Source of the DNA: Eledone cirrhosa
Taxonomy: Eukaryota
DNA length: 64,000 nucleotides
Assembly: GCA_964016885.1 (NCBI GenBank)
Contig: OZ024742.1
Coordinates: 305,040,001-305,104,000, forward strand
Direction: 5' to 3'
Shown here: one piece after another, positions 1 through 14,957 of the stretch
How the letters are laid out: every line of letters starts with the position of its first letter
How positions within the stretch are numbered: the stretch's first letter is position 1
Program-made: the position numbers and the translations under genes
Notes under the pieces: model-generated
Databases searched by the model: none
The model's input: only the letters and a program-made list of their open reading frames with translations
What the model was told of the DNA's origin: nothing

Positions 1-57
<57 letters not shown>

Positions 58-2808
58 GTGAGTCCGTGTGCGGGTATATTTGAGTGTTTTTATTTAATAT
101 TATATGAGAATTGAAATAAAGACAAAACGGTGATAGGGTATATATATATGAGCAGGTAGTATAATGTTTGTAAGTCTGCATCTCTGGCTCTATATTACAT
201 TGTCTATCTGTCTCTTTTTAGTTATGTATGTATGCATATATGGATGTATAAATGTATGCAATAGCTGTATACACGGATGGCTGGCTTCTCATATTGATAT
301 ATTGAATAAATCGATAGACGGTGAGACTTGTGTGTGGCAAAGTTTTTATTTTTTGTGCGTAAATATATTTATGTATGTATATGTGCGTATATATATATGT
401 CTGTGGTGTATGTGTGCATATACATATATATTTATGTATGGTTGTGTATATATATATATAATATAAAGAGAGAGAGAGGGAGAGAGAGATAAATAGATAG
501 ATAGATGGATAGATAGATATATAGCGAGAGACGTTGAGAGAAAGAGAAAGAGAAAAAGCATGTTTGCTCTTGTGTTTTATCTATTTTTATATGCCTATAT
601 ATTTATTTGTCTGAAGGTATGTAGTTATGTATGTCATGCGTGTATAACTACATATAGTTATACGTATTTATATCAATGTAAGAATAGATGGATAGAATCT
701 GACTGCTTGGATGGCTGGCTCACTGGCTGGCTGTATGCATGGGTGAATGACGGAATGGGTTGGTGTGTATGAAGTTGAAGAATGTTATTTAATATGTTCA
801 GCTCCTGTGATGTTGTCTTTGAGAATCTTCATAAGTGGCGGTTACTAACATTTGGAAAAACTTAAGCGGAACGAAAATTTCGACGCAAAAATCTCGAAAT
901 CACTAGGAAAATGCAAATAAATAGAATGAAAATAAAAGGATTATAAAAAAAAACAAAAATAAAACAGATTAAGAATGAGTGAGGGGAGGAAAAAGAATGG
1001 ATATTAACGTTGGCACTCTTTAATAAGACATTTCCAAAAGTCTTCATCTTTTATATGCATATCAGAGCAAATGTATGCCTATATTTCACTTTTATTTTAT
1101 ACGAAATTTTTAGAATGTTATCTTTTATTTATTGTTATTTTTATATATTTAATTGTTTGTTTTAACTTTTTAAAATATATATATTTTTTTTGCCACTAAG
1201 CATATCCGACTATATGAACGTTCTGTCTTTCTAGCGCAGTTTGACACACTCTCGCATACACATATACATACATATACACACACTAATATATGTATATAAT
1301 CGCATGCACTCATCTGCACACACGCATATGTCATATAGGGCACGGGAGGAGGAAGTGGCCTGGCCAAACAAAGAAATTGAACGAAGAATAAAGCAAATGG
1401 TGGGGAAGGAAGAGATATCAAAGGAAACAAAGGAGGACAGAAAGGAAAAGTGTTAGAAGAGATAGAAAGAGAAAAAAGGGAGAGTGGGGGCGGAACAGAC
1501 GTAAGGAATAGAGCTGAGATAGTGTGGGAGGGAGAAATCTAGGCGCGGGATGAATGACAAATGAGAAAGTGGAGAAGAGACTGTATTCAATGAATGAGAA
1601 TTTGATATATAAAGAGAAACATAAAAAATAAATTCGAAGGGGAAAATATTCAATTATTTCTTCTTCTTCTTCTTCTTCTTCTTCTTCTTCTTCTTCTTCT
1701 TCTTCTTCTTCTCCTTCTAATTATTATTATTAGGCAAAAAAAAAAAAAAAATCCAAAGTCAGTGAATTAAGTGAGAGCTGAGAATGCAATATCGATGATA
1801 GATAAAGGTCTGAGCGAGAGAGCGTTTATTAATTATGTCTGGAAAGCGGAGACAAGAAATATGGAAGTGACAGACGATAAGGCTTGATACCGGCGGGAAA
1901 CAGATGTCGGAGATTAACTGTGGGAGATTAGAAGAGACTAAAAAGAGAAGATTTTTGGAAACAAAAATTTTCGAGAATATTTGTTTGGGAGAGAGGAGAG
2001 AGACGGAAAAGAGAAGTAGGGACAGCAATGGAGTGAGAGAGAATGATACGGGAGCACTGGAAACAAAAACGAAAAAATGGCTGACGTTATAGAGATAGAC
2101 AGGAATGGAGGGGGAGTATGAAATGAAGGAATGAATAAAACAACATCGGACAAGCTGAGAAAAATGCAAGAATGTTTGGGTAAGATGAAAGTTATTGGTG
2201 TGCCGGTGTAGGAATAAATTTATCAATGAAATCTTTAAATGTGGAGCCTAACCAATATATGAGCTATGAAAAAAAAATGAAAAACATTAGCTACGACATA
2301 AAATATTAAAATAAAAAAAAGTAGTTGGAGAGTACTAAGCCTCGGGCCAAAAGATGGAAATTAAGTAGAAAATAAAGTTCAAAGGCAGCAGCACTAGGTT
2401 AGGTACACATTGTACTAAGTCTTTTGTACTGCATTTAGATGTTACACTTAAAGGTTCCAAGTTTAATCGTAACCCCGATTGCTATTATGTTTTATCTCAA
2501 AGTGGAATTACTACTAGTATCATATAGTTAAAATAATGAACCATTCCGTCATTATGATGGAATGGGTCATCGTTTTAACTATACTACTAATTCTTTCTTC
2601 CAAAAGAATTAACCTTGAGTGAAGACATAAATCAATGTTACTTCTTGTGGTTTAATTATTTATATATGAAAAACATGAACATCTAAAGTTGGAGCAATGA
2701 TGAAAGCAATAAAATAACACTATAACCCCCACCAAACATACACACACTCACATGAACAAACAAGAACAGTCACACACGTAGAAGTAGTCACACATTCACA
2801 ACTATCAC

Positions 2809-2841
<33 letters not shown>

Positions 2842-2844
<3 letters not shown>

Positions 2845-2947
2845 GTCTTAGTCAAGCTTTCTATCTGCTGGCCTCTCTCTGTGTACGTATATGCGTGTGC
2901 ATATAGTGTATACAGACACAAACATACACACACACACACATATATAC

Positions 2948-2981
<34 letters not shown>

Positions 2982-3071
2982 ATGTGTATGTTTGTGTCTG
3001 TATACACTATATGCACACACATATACGTACACAGAGAGAGACCAACAGATAGAAATCTTGACTAAGACATG
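2842..3071. repeat. ~230-bp near-perfect palindrome centred on (TA)n
   Basis: catgtcttagtcaag... on the left is the reverse complement of ...cttgactaagacatg on the right; the ORF track gives near-identical peptides on both strands. Confidence 0.85.
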
Positions 3072-4583
3072 CATATGTATTTGTGTGTGTGTTGTATGAA
3101 TTTACATAGGTTCGTATATGATTGATGTTGGGGAGGGTGTTTCTATCTGTTTATGACGATCGATTTTTAGTTATGAGGCCGTGAAACTTTAATTTAAACA
3201 GAAACATGATATAAGAAAAAGAAAACAGAAATAAAAACGTTCTATATAAAGAACAGTAAATAACTAACCTATGAATTTTAGACTAAGTGAAGTCACACAT
3301 ATTAATAATAGTTCTCTCACCGATGGCTGGGTTTTTAGACTCTCGCGTGTCAAATGTTTTGGCAATAACCTCTGTTATTTTGCCACAAATGTATACCTAT
3401 AATTTAAGTGAAGTTTCAGCGGTTAAAAGTCGAGATTTTATATTTAATTACAGAATGTGCAAATGACATGTGTAGGCCGTGTGGTTAAATGGTTAAGATG
3501 TTCGACTTTACACTCTTGGACTTAATAAGTTTGGTTCAAATTTGCGCCATCTTACACAGGTGTATCTTACCATAAACGTGAGTCGATGTCTTGCAGGATA
3601 AACGTTGTAGAAGAAAATACTGCATGCAGGCTCACAGGATGGAATACACATGCCATTTTAAGCTGCAGCCTTGTCACTCATAATGTGTCACGCTGAAACT
3701 GAGATCCATTATGTCATTGCAAGAGACAGTTTGGTGTATCAAGGGCTTTACCAACCCAATTGAAATATGGAAGCAATGGTTAAAATATACAAACCATTAA
3801 TGAAAGTTAATGAGTGAAATTATATTACAAGTGAATATTAAATATGAAAAAAAAAGACGTATCTATCTATATAAGAGAAAGAATTTAAATAGAAAAGAAA
3901 AATCAATAGAAAACACTTAAAATGGAAGCTAAGCAGAAAAATTAAAATGGAAGAACAGACGAAATTTAAGTGGTCCGGACCATAAAGACAATAGATGTAG
4001 AATGGAAAAGAGCCCCATCACCTCTAATGTCACAGTTTGTTTCAGCCTATGTTTATATGTATAATACGTGTGTACGTATGCGACAGTTGATGTAAGTACT
4101 TATTGGTGAGTATGTGTTGATGTGTAATGAAGTGCATTGAGGAAGTTTATAGCCGTGTATGCGTGAGTTTGTGTGAGTTTATGTGTGCATCCGTGCCTTT
4201 GCTATTGTTAATGTATATGTATTTAATTATGAATGTTTTTATTCAATGTCTGACCTATGTGTATGTTTATTATACAAATAGCACAAACACACACACACTC
4301 TCTCTCTCTCACACACACCTATACACATATTCCTGTGTACGTAAGCATGCGTGTGTGTGCATATGCTGTGTGTGTGGGGGGGGGGGCTGTGTAAACAGCT
4401 TGAAAGGGGAAACTAAACAGGCAATTCTGTCTTATTTATTAGCGTTTCCAAATGTCACTTGATGTTTTCAACTATTACAAATTATGATCAAATATTACGC
4501 TGGAACACCCATATTTCAAAATTCAAATAATCCCAATGTTTTTTTTTATTTAAAAGTTGTATATATATATATATATATATATA

Positions 4584-4638
<55 letters not shown>

Positions 4639-4751
4639 TGTGTATGTGTGTGTGTGTGTAGATAGGTATTATAGTTTTTTCGATCCTGTGTTTTTGCATA
4701 AATATCTATAAGCGTTAATATCTATTGAATTTACTATAAAATACGCTCGCT

Positions 4752-4800
<49 letters not shown>

Positions 4801-4803
<3 letters not shown>

Positions 4804-5015
4804 AATAACATTAAGGAAGATGCTGATGTTAAATAAATCGTTTATTCATAATAGTAATTCCAACGGTTCTCTCATGCAATCTCAGATGTAACTCTTGCAT
4901 TTGTTGTTACCATTCACATAACAATACATCGTGGATAGCATGAGAGAACCGTTGAAATAATTATTATGAATAAACGATTTATGTAACATCAGCTTCGTTT
5001 TTAGTGTTACTTTAT
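4801..5015. repeat. Imperfect fold-back (MITE/pLTR-like) after (TA)n
   Basis: Arms about 4822-4877 / 4938-4993 (gctgatgtta...ggttctctcatgc / gcatgagagaacc...taacatcagc). Confidence 0.7.
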
Positions 5016-5170
5016 ACTGAATGGCTATCGTAACTACAATCTACGAATGTAGAGAGCTTTCTCCTGCTTGCTCCTGTTTTTACCAAAACAATATCTACTG
5101 AACACACGCACACACACATACACCCACACACACACAGACAGACATACACACACGCATATATACATATATA

Positions 5171-5290
5171 TAGGAAAATGTTTAACCCCGATGGCTTGAG
5201 CTCTGCCGTCGGGGTTAAACATTTTCCTATTACCCACTCTACTACCCTAAGTATTGAGTATTCTGGTTCCTTACCACACTTCCTTCGTTA
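5171..5290 (+). mobile_element. Fold-back member of the 27497 family
   Basis: Hairpin 5171-5229 (taggaaaatgtttaaccccga...tcggggttaaacattttccta) plus the shared tail; TA flanks. Confidence 0.55.
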
Positions 5291-5402
5291 TTTTATTATA
5301 TATATATATATATATAAGAGATGGCAACATGAATGGACCTGTTAGTTTTCTCTAAAACATGTTTTCCCCGCCCTTCCCTTCAATCTTTGTAATTTCTTAT
5401 TC

Positions 5403-5440
5403 TTTCTTCTGATGAAAGACTAACGCCCGAAACGTTAATA
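5403..5440 (+). ncRNA. Degenerate minimal hammerhead motif in a Penelope-like remnant (about 5316-5545)
   Basis: CUGAUGA (5409) ...13 nt... GAAA-CGT-UA with palindromic aacgtt; stems I and II are poorly paired. Confidence 0.35.
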
Positions 5441-5898
5441 CCCTCTTCCTGCTATTTCAAGCGTTAACCTAATATATTCCTTCCATATACTGTACCGATT
5501 GTGTTGTTATTTCTGTTTGACTTTTACATACATGCATATTATATATATATATATAAATGTACACATACATACATACATACAAACGGACATATATATACAT
5601 ACATATATACATACATATACATATATATATATATTGACATATGTTTATGTAGTGATCAATATATTTATATATTTATGCTTCTGCAAAGATCTCATCAAAA
5701 TATATTGGGTGTAAGAATAGCGGTGAAGAAATGGATGTATATGTGTTTATATCTGTATTTAAATGTATCTATTCGTACGTTTAGACATCACCATAATTGA
5801 AAACCTCTATCAGAAAGAGCATGGGGACTTCCCATGGGTGGTTGATAAATTTTAATGTATTTCACATTAAAGCATATGTGTGTATGTATGTAGATAAA

Positions 5899-5949
<51 letters not shown>

Positions 5950-5989
5950 TTATGCTTCCAAACGGTAATGACCATCACTAATAGATAAT

Positions 5990-6178
5990 AACTGTTTCTA
6001 CTTTAGGCACAAGGCCAGCAATTAACCAGTACATAACTGGTACTTTATTTTATCGACCCCGTAAGGATGAAAGGCAAAGTTAACCTCGGCGGGATTTGAA
6101 TTCAGATCCTAAAGGGACGTAACTCTATGCTTCAAAGCATGGTGTCCGACTCTCTAGCGATACTGCCAATCCACCGCC
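5990..6178 (-). mobile_element. tRNA-derived SINE (Meta/MESC-domain type)
   Basis: A-box-like head, B-box-like gaattcaaatccc, core gcctttcatccttacggggtcgataaaataaagtaccag; 16-bp TSD ctaatagataataact (5978 / 6184). Confidence 0.85.
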
Positions 6179-6301
6179 CTTTGCTAATAGATAATAACTA
6201 ATAGATAATAACGATCGATAATTAATATGGTCATTTGCAATGCGGCGTACCCACTTCATATTAAACATTTTTGCAATGATTCTTAAATCAATCACTTTGC
6301 T

Positions 6302-6333
<32 letters not shown>

Positions 6334-6771
6334 GGCACGCACACACACTCACACACACGCACACGAAAGCACACACACACATATATGTGTGCGTATATAT
6401 ATATATATATATATTTGTTTTTGTGTGTGAGTGTGTGTGTGTGTGAGAGTGTGTGTCTCTGTGTGTGTGTGTCTGTGTGTGTGTCTGTGTGTATGCACAT
6501 ATATATGCAACATACGAGTGGGTATAATGTGTGTATAAATGTTTTAATCTATGCATGTATCAAGTGTGTTAATACGTGGCATATGTCATTTAATAATGAT
6601 TGGTTGTGATATATGTGGTTGTTAATCGAAGTGATTGGTGGAGATATAGATCTATACGTAGCTTTCCTCGAATGCATGTGTGTGATCATGAGTGCGAATG
6701 GATGTTTTTCTACGCAAGGATGTATACGTGTATATGGTTTAGAATGTTCTCAAATTGTGTGCGTTTGCGTA

Positions 6772-6820
<49 letters not shown>

Positions 6821-7238
6821 GTGTGTGTGTGTGCATGTATGTATGTGTGTGTGTTTGTGTGAGTGTGTGTGTATGAGTGTCTATATATATGCGTGAGTTA
6901 TTAAGTAGAACAGAGTATCTTAGTCAGTAAAAGGAAAAAAATAAAACTATAGCAAAACAATTGTATACGTACGAAGTATGAGAAAGGAAGGAAGGAAAGA
7001 AAATGGCCGACGATGGTGAAAGTGAGTGAGGGTGGATGTGGTGGGACTTGAGCGTGTAACGATTATAAACATGAAAGGAGAAAAAATATAGTCGATGTTT
7101 ATAACTAATCGAGCGTAGCGTGGACTGAGTCGTATTCTGGAGTGGCAGACACATGATAAAGATTAAAGACAACAAATAAATACACAGACATATACACGCA
7201 CCCAGACATAGACACAGACACATATACACACACAGACA

Positions 7239-7402
<164 letters not shown>

Positions 7403-7498
7403 AACAGTTCTTATGATAATAATAATAACATCGTCGAAAAAAAATTACAATAAAACATGAAGAAACTGATAAAAATAGATGGAACATATAATTACGAA

Positions 7499-7590
<92 letters not shown>

Positions 7591-7823
7591 TACAAGTAAA
7601 AGTGTATATATGTGATAGAGAGATAGAGATAGAAAGAAACACGGGTGGATATATCGGAAGAAATACCGAAGCTGGAGTGGGTGTAGTGCGGGGGTGTTAT
7701 GTCTCAGAGAGAGAGAGAGAGAGAGGAGATGAGGATGTTGGGAACAAACAACAGAATTGCTTTGTCGCAAGAAATGGAAATATTGACTACGAGAGAGGAG
7801 GATAGGAAGAGTGTGCAAGACAG

Positions 7824-8025
7824 AATAGATAGATAGATAGATAGGTAGGTAGGTAGGTAGGTAGGTAGGTAGGTAGGTAGGTAGGTAGGTAGGTAGGTAG
7901 GTAGGTAGGTAGGTAGGTAGGTAGGTAGGTAGATATGTTTCTTTATTAGATAGATATATAGACAGATAGATAGATGTTTAGATAGATAGATAGATTGATA
8001 GATAGATAGACTGACAGGCAGACAA

Positions 8026-8082
<57 letters not shown>
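7824..8082. repeat. (GATA)n/(GGTA)n tetranucleotide microsatellites
   Basis: Direct inspection. Confidence 0.95.
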
Positions 8083-8083
<1 letters not shown>

Positions 8084-8649
8084 GTATATATAGCGAAATT
8101 TATAATAAAATCAAAAACAAAATTCCAAGTTAATTTCAGCGCTAAATGAGTACATTGTTTCATCATGACATATATAACATAGGATATGTAAGAAAGAAAG
8201 ACAGTTAGTGACAGAGACAGATATATGGATAAACAGCTAGATAGATAGATAGGCAGACAGAAAGACAGAGAAGCAGACAGGGACAGTAGGAAAGATTGAC
8301 GTAGATAGCGATGCAAATGTATGGCTATGTATAGAAAAAGAGTGGTGAACGTCTAACAATTGGACCATTTCAGCAGAAAAGGAAAAAAATAAGAAGGTAG
8401 AAAATATGAAAAGAGTACATTAGAGAAAAAAGAAACAGAAAGACAATGATAGATTGAATGTAGTGGTGTTAGGTGAGGGGTGAGATGACATCAAAATAGA
8501 AGATAAAATAAAAATGTGTACAATGATTTAGACGAGAATGAAAGATCGAGAAATTGAAAACCAAATGAGGCATAGGAAAAAATGAAAGAAAAAGAGGGAT
8601 GGAAGGAAGGTTAGAAACGAATGTTAGAGAAGAGAGGAGAGAGAGGCAT

Positions 8650-8807
8650 AATAGTTGGTTTAGAAATGAAAGAGTGTGTGTGTGTGTGTGTATGTGTGTA
8701 AGAGAGAGAGGGGGGGGGGGGGAAGAGACAGAGACAGAGAGACAAAAGAAGAGAGAGAGAGAAGCATAAAAAGTTGGTTTAGAAATGAAAGAGTGTGTGT
8801 GTGACAG

Positions 8808-8862
<55 letters not shown>

Positions 8863-8930
8863 AGAGTGAGAGGCAAACAAGTCGGTTTAGAAATGAAAGA
8901 GTGTGCGTGTGTGTGTGTGTGTGTGAGAGT
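8650..8930. repeat. Three-copy composite tandem repeat (gttggtttagaaatgaaagag + (TG)n(AG)n)
   Basis: Core at about 8654, 8772 and 8881. Confidence 0.75.
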
Positions 8931-9574
8931 GAGAAAGAGAGAGAGATAGATAGATAGATAGACAGATAGAGAGAGAGAGAAAGAGAGGGAGAGAGCGAAA
9001 GAAAGAAGAGAGAGAGATGGGCGTTTCGTTAGAGAGGAAAGTTAGACAGATATAAGTGAGGTTAAAAGGGAAAACTAGAGAGAGAAGGAAATGGAGAGAG
9101 AGAGAGAGAGACAGTGTGTGTGTGTGTCTGTGTGTGTCTGTGTGTGTGTGTGTGTGTGTTGGAGGGTGCGTTTATGTGAGAAAGAGAAGTAGTAAGTAGT
9201 TGAAGGGAGAGTCTGAGGAAAAGTGCTTTAGGAATAGGAATTTGGTGATGTAGAAACGGAAGCAAGAATTGTACCTATGAATGTGACAGAGAAAAAGTAG
9301 TGTAGTAGAGGGACGTACTGAAGAGAGATATATATAGATCGTGTGAGGAAGGAGATGAATGAAAGGAGGGTCAGGGTTTATATGATGGTTTTCATATTTG
9401 TACATGGGTATAGGAAGTGCAAATATACGGACATAAACACGATTAAAGACTGAACGAGTAGAATTTGTTTTGAGTAAGAAACTCAGCAATCCAAAATATA
9501 ATACGCACACGCCTGAAGAGAAACACAATTCAGTGCAGCCATCACAAACCCACACATGCACACACACACACACA

Positions 9575-9575
<1 letters not shown>

Positions 9576-9623
<48 letters not shown>

Positions 9624-9669
9624 TATGGAATACTGTTGGCTTCGTGCTACAATAATTTCTATACTTTTC

Positions 9670-9740
<71 letters not shown>

Positions 9741-9765
9741 TATAATATATATATATATATATATA

Positions 9766-9860
<95 letters not shown>

Positions 9861-9885
9861 TATAATATATATATATATATATATA

Positions 9886-9978
<93 letters not shown>
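9576..9978. repeat. (TA)n array with a short unique island (about 9624-9672) and an internal 120-bp duplication
   Basis: Line 9721-9780 equals 9841-9900. Confidence 0.9.
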
Positions 9979-9979
<1 letters not shown>

Positions 9980-12024
9980 GTAGTACAGGTCAACAGTAGC
10001 TATGCAGTAAAGGATTTACTCTTAATGAAATATTACATATAACAGAACACTTTTGGTTTTCACTTGAAAAATTGTTAATGCCAAAAATTATGTTTTCCGC
10101 AGAACGTGCTCAATATCAATTATATACTGTCTTATCGCTAATTGTTGCGTATTAAACAAGAACACGCGTTGAAGTGAAAGTGGAAATATTTAATTAATTT
10201 CAAATGGTTATTGAATATACTGTACTTTTTCTTTTGAAATAGTTTAATTCTGAAAATGATATTTATAATTTGTAGAAATCGGAATGTCAGAGTATAATCA
10301 TTCTTATGTCGTGTGGAAACCGGAGTGCTCAGAAGTAACCCACCCATTTAAATACTGGTGCAGGCTAGAAACATATCTGAAACAATAAAGAATAGCAATG
10401 ATTCCCACATTAATGACATCAGACATTTCACTATTTTTGACTTATGAATGCTGAACATTTTCATAGTCGCACACCAGAATCACTCCCAGCCTTACGATTG
10501 GGAATCCATCGCTCTAAGCTTTAAGCCACACACACACACACACACAGAGACAGACAGATAGACAGACAGACACATACACACACGCACCCACACCCACACA
10601 CACACCCACACACCCACACACACATATATATATATATAATTTGAAGGGGATCTCAACCAAGGCCGGTCAAAATCTGAAAACTTTAAGGGGAGTATCTCTA
10701 ACGATGTAAGTAAATATGGACAATGCTGAAGAGAATGGATCTTGCCTTAACCACCAAGTCATGAGAGTAAAGCGATGTTTCGAACTTGTTACCATGTCCT
10801 AAGCGAAACATATTCACTTCAGTTGTCTTCGATTGGGTATCCCTTAAACATAATTGAGTATAATTGAGTATAATTACATAATATTGAAATAGCTGCCTTG
10901 AAAAGTAGCATTGAAAAACTCCGTTTTTCAATGCTACTTTTAAAATATTATAGTAATGTAACCTATTGTGACAATGATTTTATCTGCAAATGGCTACTTA
11001 TAATCAAAGTAACTGATTTCAACTACTATTAGTTTTACTCTTTAAAAAATACCTTTAGATAAAATGTGTGCTACCGCTAGCGAGCTATTCCTCATAACCG
11101 TGTATACTTTACTTTGATTTTTTTTTTTTTCATTGATGGATTATGTTGAATTATGTTGAGGCAGTTTGATGATAGTTTGAAATGATATATCAATCCAATA
11201 ATCCTGTTTAAATTCATCATAGTTATCTCACACATACAGGTATGCAAATGAAGAAGAAATCAAATTTGAATCATTAGCATCAATAAACTTATAATAACGC
11301 GGAATAGATTCAATGGGAGCATGAATGAAATTTAAAACGAGGAACACATCTTTGGAACTTCCCTCGGACTAGTGATTATCTGGGTGGCAGACAAGATCGC
11401 CATTATGATTAGATGTTCGATTGCAAAAGTTTTATTTGAATTACCTCACTAAGGCCATTGAGAATAAGAAGAACGTCACAACATTGTATTATATTTTTGT
11501 CAAAATGAACCAATGTTTAGTTGTGAAAAAAGGGCTGGGAAATGGTGGGATTAGTAAAGCCGTTTAGTAACAAACAGAACAAAAACAATATAATGTTGTT
11601 TGAGTAAAGGTGATTTTGGAAAAGGTATTAGTAGTGGATGGAAAGTTGTAGTGGTGATACTTACATAATAATGCTTCTTTCGGACATCATGATGACAGTG
11701 TAGGTCGTAGTAGTAATAGGTATAGAAATATGAGAGTAATTACAGTTTCATTTTTAGTATAGTTCGCGATGGCCATGTTAGGAATGAATATTGACTTGGA
11801 GCGATGGTACGAAATCTGTTGGAAGTAGAAGTAATGTCTTTATTGAAATTTGTGGTAGTAGTCGTAGTGGTAATGTTTGTTCTGGTCATGATGGCTGTTG
11901 ACGTTTTGTTCTAGCTGTTACGAATGTTCGGGTTAAGATTGATGTTTGGACTAAAGAAGATGGCGACAGAATTTGTACAGGAGAATATGGTGGGCCATAG
12001 CAGTAGCAGCAACAGCAGCATTTC

Positions 12025-12086
<62 letters not shown>

Positions 12087-13262
12087 TTGTATTGGTAGCG
12101 AAGGTGAAATTAGTGGAAGGTTTTAGGTTAGAAAATTGAGGTAGGTTATTGTTTTTGATTTTGATGTTGTTATTATATGGTGAGGGTGATTGGGGTGATG
12201 TTGATTTGGATGATAGTAATATAAGTGGTGGACGTGGTGATGAAGGATGTTGATTGTAATGGCGGTGGTGATAGTTTTGGCTATAGTAAGTGAAGTGACG
12301 GTGGTTGTGGTGAAGTAGTAGGAAGTTGGTGTGTGGGTGATGGTACTGTCGGTGATGGGTTTCATGAAAGTGATCATCGAGGTGAGTTAACATTGAAAAT
12401 GTCGGCAGTTATACAGACAGACTGTGTATATGGGTGCGAGTGTGTGTGGAATTGTGTCTGGGAGCACTATATTTGTGTGTGTGTATGTGACCAAGTGTGA
12501 GTGATCTGTGTGTGTGTGTGTGTGGACTAGTTTGTGTGGTCTATGTGTGTGTATGTGGAGTCACTGTCTATTCTGTGTATGTTGTTTGTGGAGTAGTGTA
12601 TGTGTTTCTCTGTCTCTGTATCTGTGTGTTTGTTAGCTTGTCTCTCTGTTCTATATACGTGTGTGTCTATGTGTGTGTTTGTGGGGAGTAGTAACTAGTA
12701 CTGGCTTCAATTCCAGGTACACAGGAACCATGGTGTTATACAATGAAGGGATGAGGTGGTTAACAGTCGTTTCTTATTCACACATCTCTTAGCAGACTAT
12801 TAACTTGTTTTATTAGCAACTTGCTGTCTCTCATTACACTATCATGTAAACACACTGATACACACATTCTGACATCAATACTAACTTACTTATACACTCA
12901 CACACACGCACTCACACATCAACAGATATTCACAGACATACATATACATGCACACACACACGCATGCATATACCCACATCCTTAAGAACTAGTTTTCATT
13001 TCAGCCATCCCAAATTAACACAGACACACGCTAGCCCACCCACACAGTCAATCAACCACTCACACATACATATATACATCCAGACATAAATTCACACATT
13101 GTAAGGAAAGATGACATGAAGGTATCACAGTTTAGACACTGCTATGTCTCTTAACAAGGACATCTAAATCAAGATCATATTTTACTCTAACGTTGACTGC
13201 TACATCGAACCTACAACACTGTGTCCAACATCATTCTCATCATCATTATAATCACCGGATTG

Positions 13263-13878
13263 GGCGGTAAATTGGCAGTATCGGTAGAGGGTTGGATGCC
13301 ATGCTTTCTAGCATAGTTACGTCCCTTCACGGTCTGAGTTCAAATCCCGCCAAGGTTAACTTTGCCTTTCATCCTTACGGGGTCGATAAAATAAAGTACC
13401 AGTAATGTACTGGGTATTTGCTGGCCTTGTGCCAAAAGTAGAAACAATTATAATCACTGGATTGGCAATATCGGTAGAGTGTCAGTGACCAAGCTTTGCA
13501 GTATAGAGTTATGGCTCTTTATGTTCTGAGTTCAAATCCCGTCGATGTTAACTTTGCCTTTTATCCTTACGGGGTCGATAAAATAAAGCACCAGTAATAC
13601 AATGGGGTAATTGCTGGCCTTGTGCCAAAAGTAGAAACAATTTTAATGTCCATCAACGGTAGATTGGCAGAATCGGTAGAGCGTCGGAAAACATGCTTAG
13701 CCTCATAGAGTCATGGCCCTTTACGTTCTGATTTCGAATCCCACCGAAGTTAGCTTTGCCTTTCATCCTTACGAGGGTCTATAAAATAAGTACCAGTAAC
13801 GCACTTGGGTCCATTTAATCGACTTTCTCTTTCTCTCAAAATTGTTGGCCTTGTGCCTAACTCCGAAACCATTATAAT
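13263..13878 (+). mobile_element. Cluster of three tandem/nested SINEs (about 13263-13450, 13458-13642, 13657-13878)
   Basis: Three copies of the same SINE; the first is flanked by a 19-bp TSD attataatcac(c/t)ggattgg that includes the head of the second. Confidence 0.85.
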
Positions 13879-14039
13879 GACCAACAGCAGCTGGCCTCCA
13901 GCAGCAGTGGCAGCATCCTCATATTAGCAATATTTGTTTTCTTTTATGCTTGACCTCTTCATCAATGGCCACCATTTATAAAGCAAAGATCAGCGAAGTT
14001 TCCATCATCATCACCACTACCACCACCACCACCATCACC

Positions 14040-14880
14040 ACCACCATCACCATCACCATCCCCAGCACCACCATCCTCCGCACCAATATCATTACACCAC
14101 CACCATCACCACCATCACCATCCTCAGCAGCAGCATCCTCCGCACCAATATCATTACACCACCACCACCACCACCACCATCACCATCACCATCACCAGCA
14201 GCAGCATCCTCCGCACCAATATCATTACACCACCACCACCACCATCACCATCACCATCACCATCACCATCCTCCGCACCAATATCATTACACCACCACCA
14301 CCACCACCACCACCACCACCATCATCACCATCACCATCACCATCACCATCATCCGCACTAATATCATTACACCACCACCACCACCACCATCATCACCATC
14401 ACCATCACCATCCTCAGCATCCTCCGCACTAATATCATTACACCACCACCACCACCACCATCATCACCATCACCATCACCATCACCAGCAGCAGCATCCT
14501 CCGCACCAATATCATTACACCACCACCACCACCACCACCACCACCATCACCATCACCATCACCATCACCATCCTCCGCACCAATATCACTACAACAACAC
14601 CACCACCACCATCATCACCATCACCATCACCATCCTCCGCCCCAATATCATTACACCACCACCACCACCATCATCACCATCACCATCACCATCCTCCGCA
14701 CCAATACCATTACACCACCACCGCTACCACCACCATCATCACCATCACCATCACCATCCTCCGCACCAATATCATTACACCACCACCACCACCACCACCA
14801 TCACCATCACCATCACCATCACCATCCACAGCAGCAGCATCCTCCGCACCAATACCATTACACCACCACCATCACCACCA
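14040..14880. repeat. Composite minisatellite: cctccgcaccaatatcatta core + (CAC)n(CATCAC)n
   Basis: Core repeated about a dozen times with variable trinucleotide spacers. Confidence 0.9.
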
Positions 14881-14957
14881 TCAACATCATCATCATCACA
14901 ACCAGTACCGCATCCGCAGCATTAATACTAACAGCACCATTAACCACCACCCAACAT

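Noticed and set aside
11924-12139. Poly-Ser/poly-Leu ORFs
   Set aside because: Produced by an (AGT)n microsatellite.
13950-14432. His/Pro/Thr-rich ORF resembling cephalopod histidine-rich structural proteins
   Set aside because: Minisatellite whose units shift frame; no ATG start, signal peptide or splice signals.
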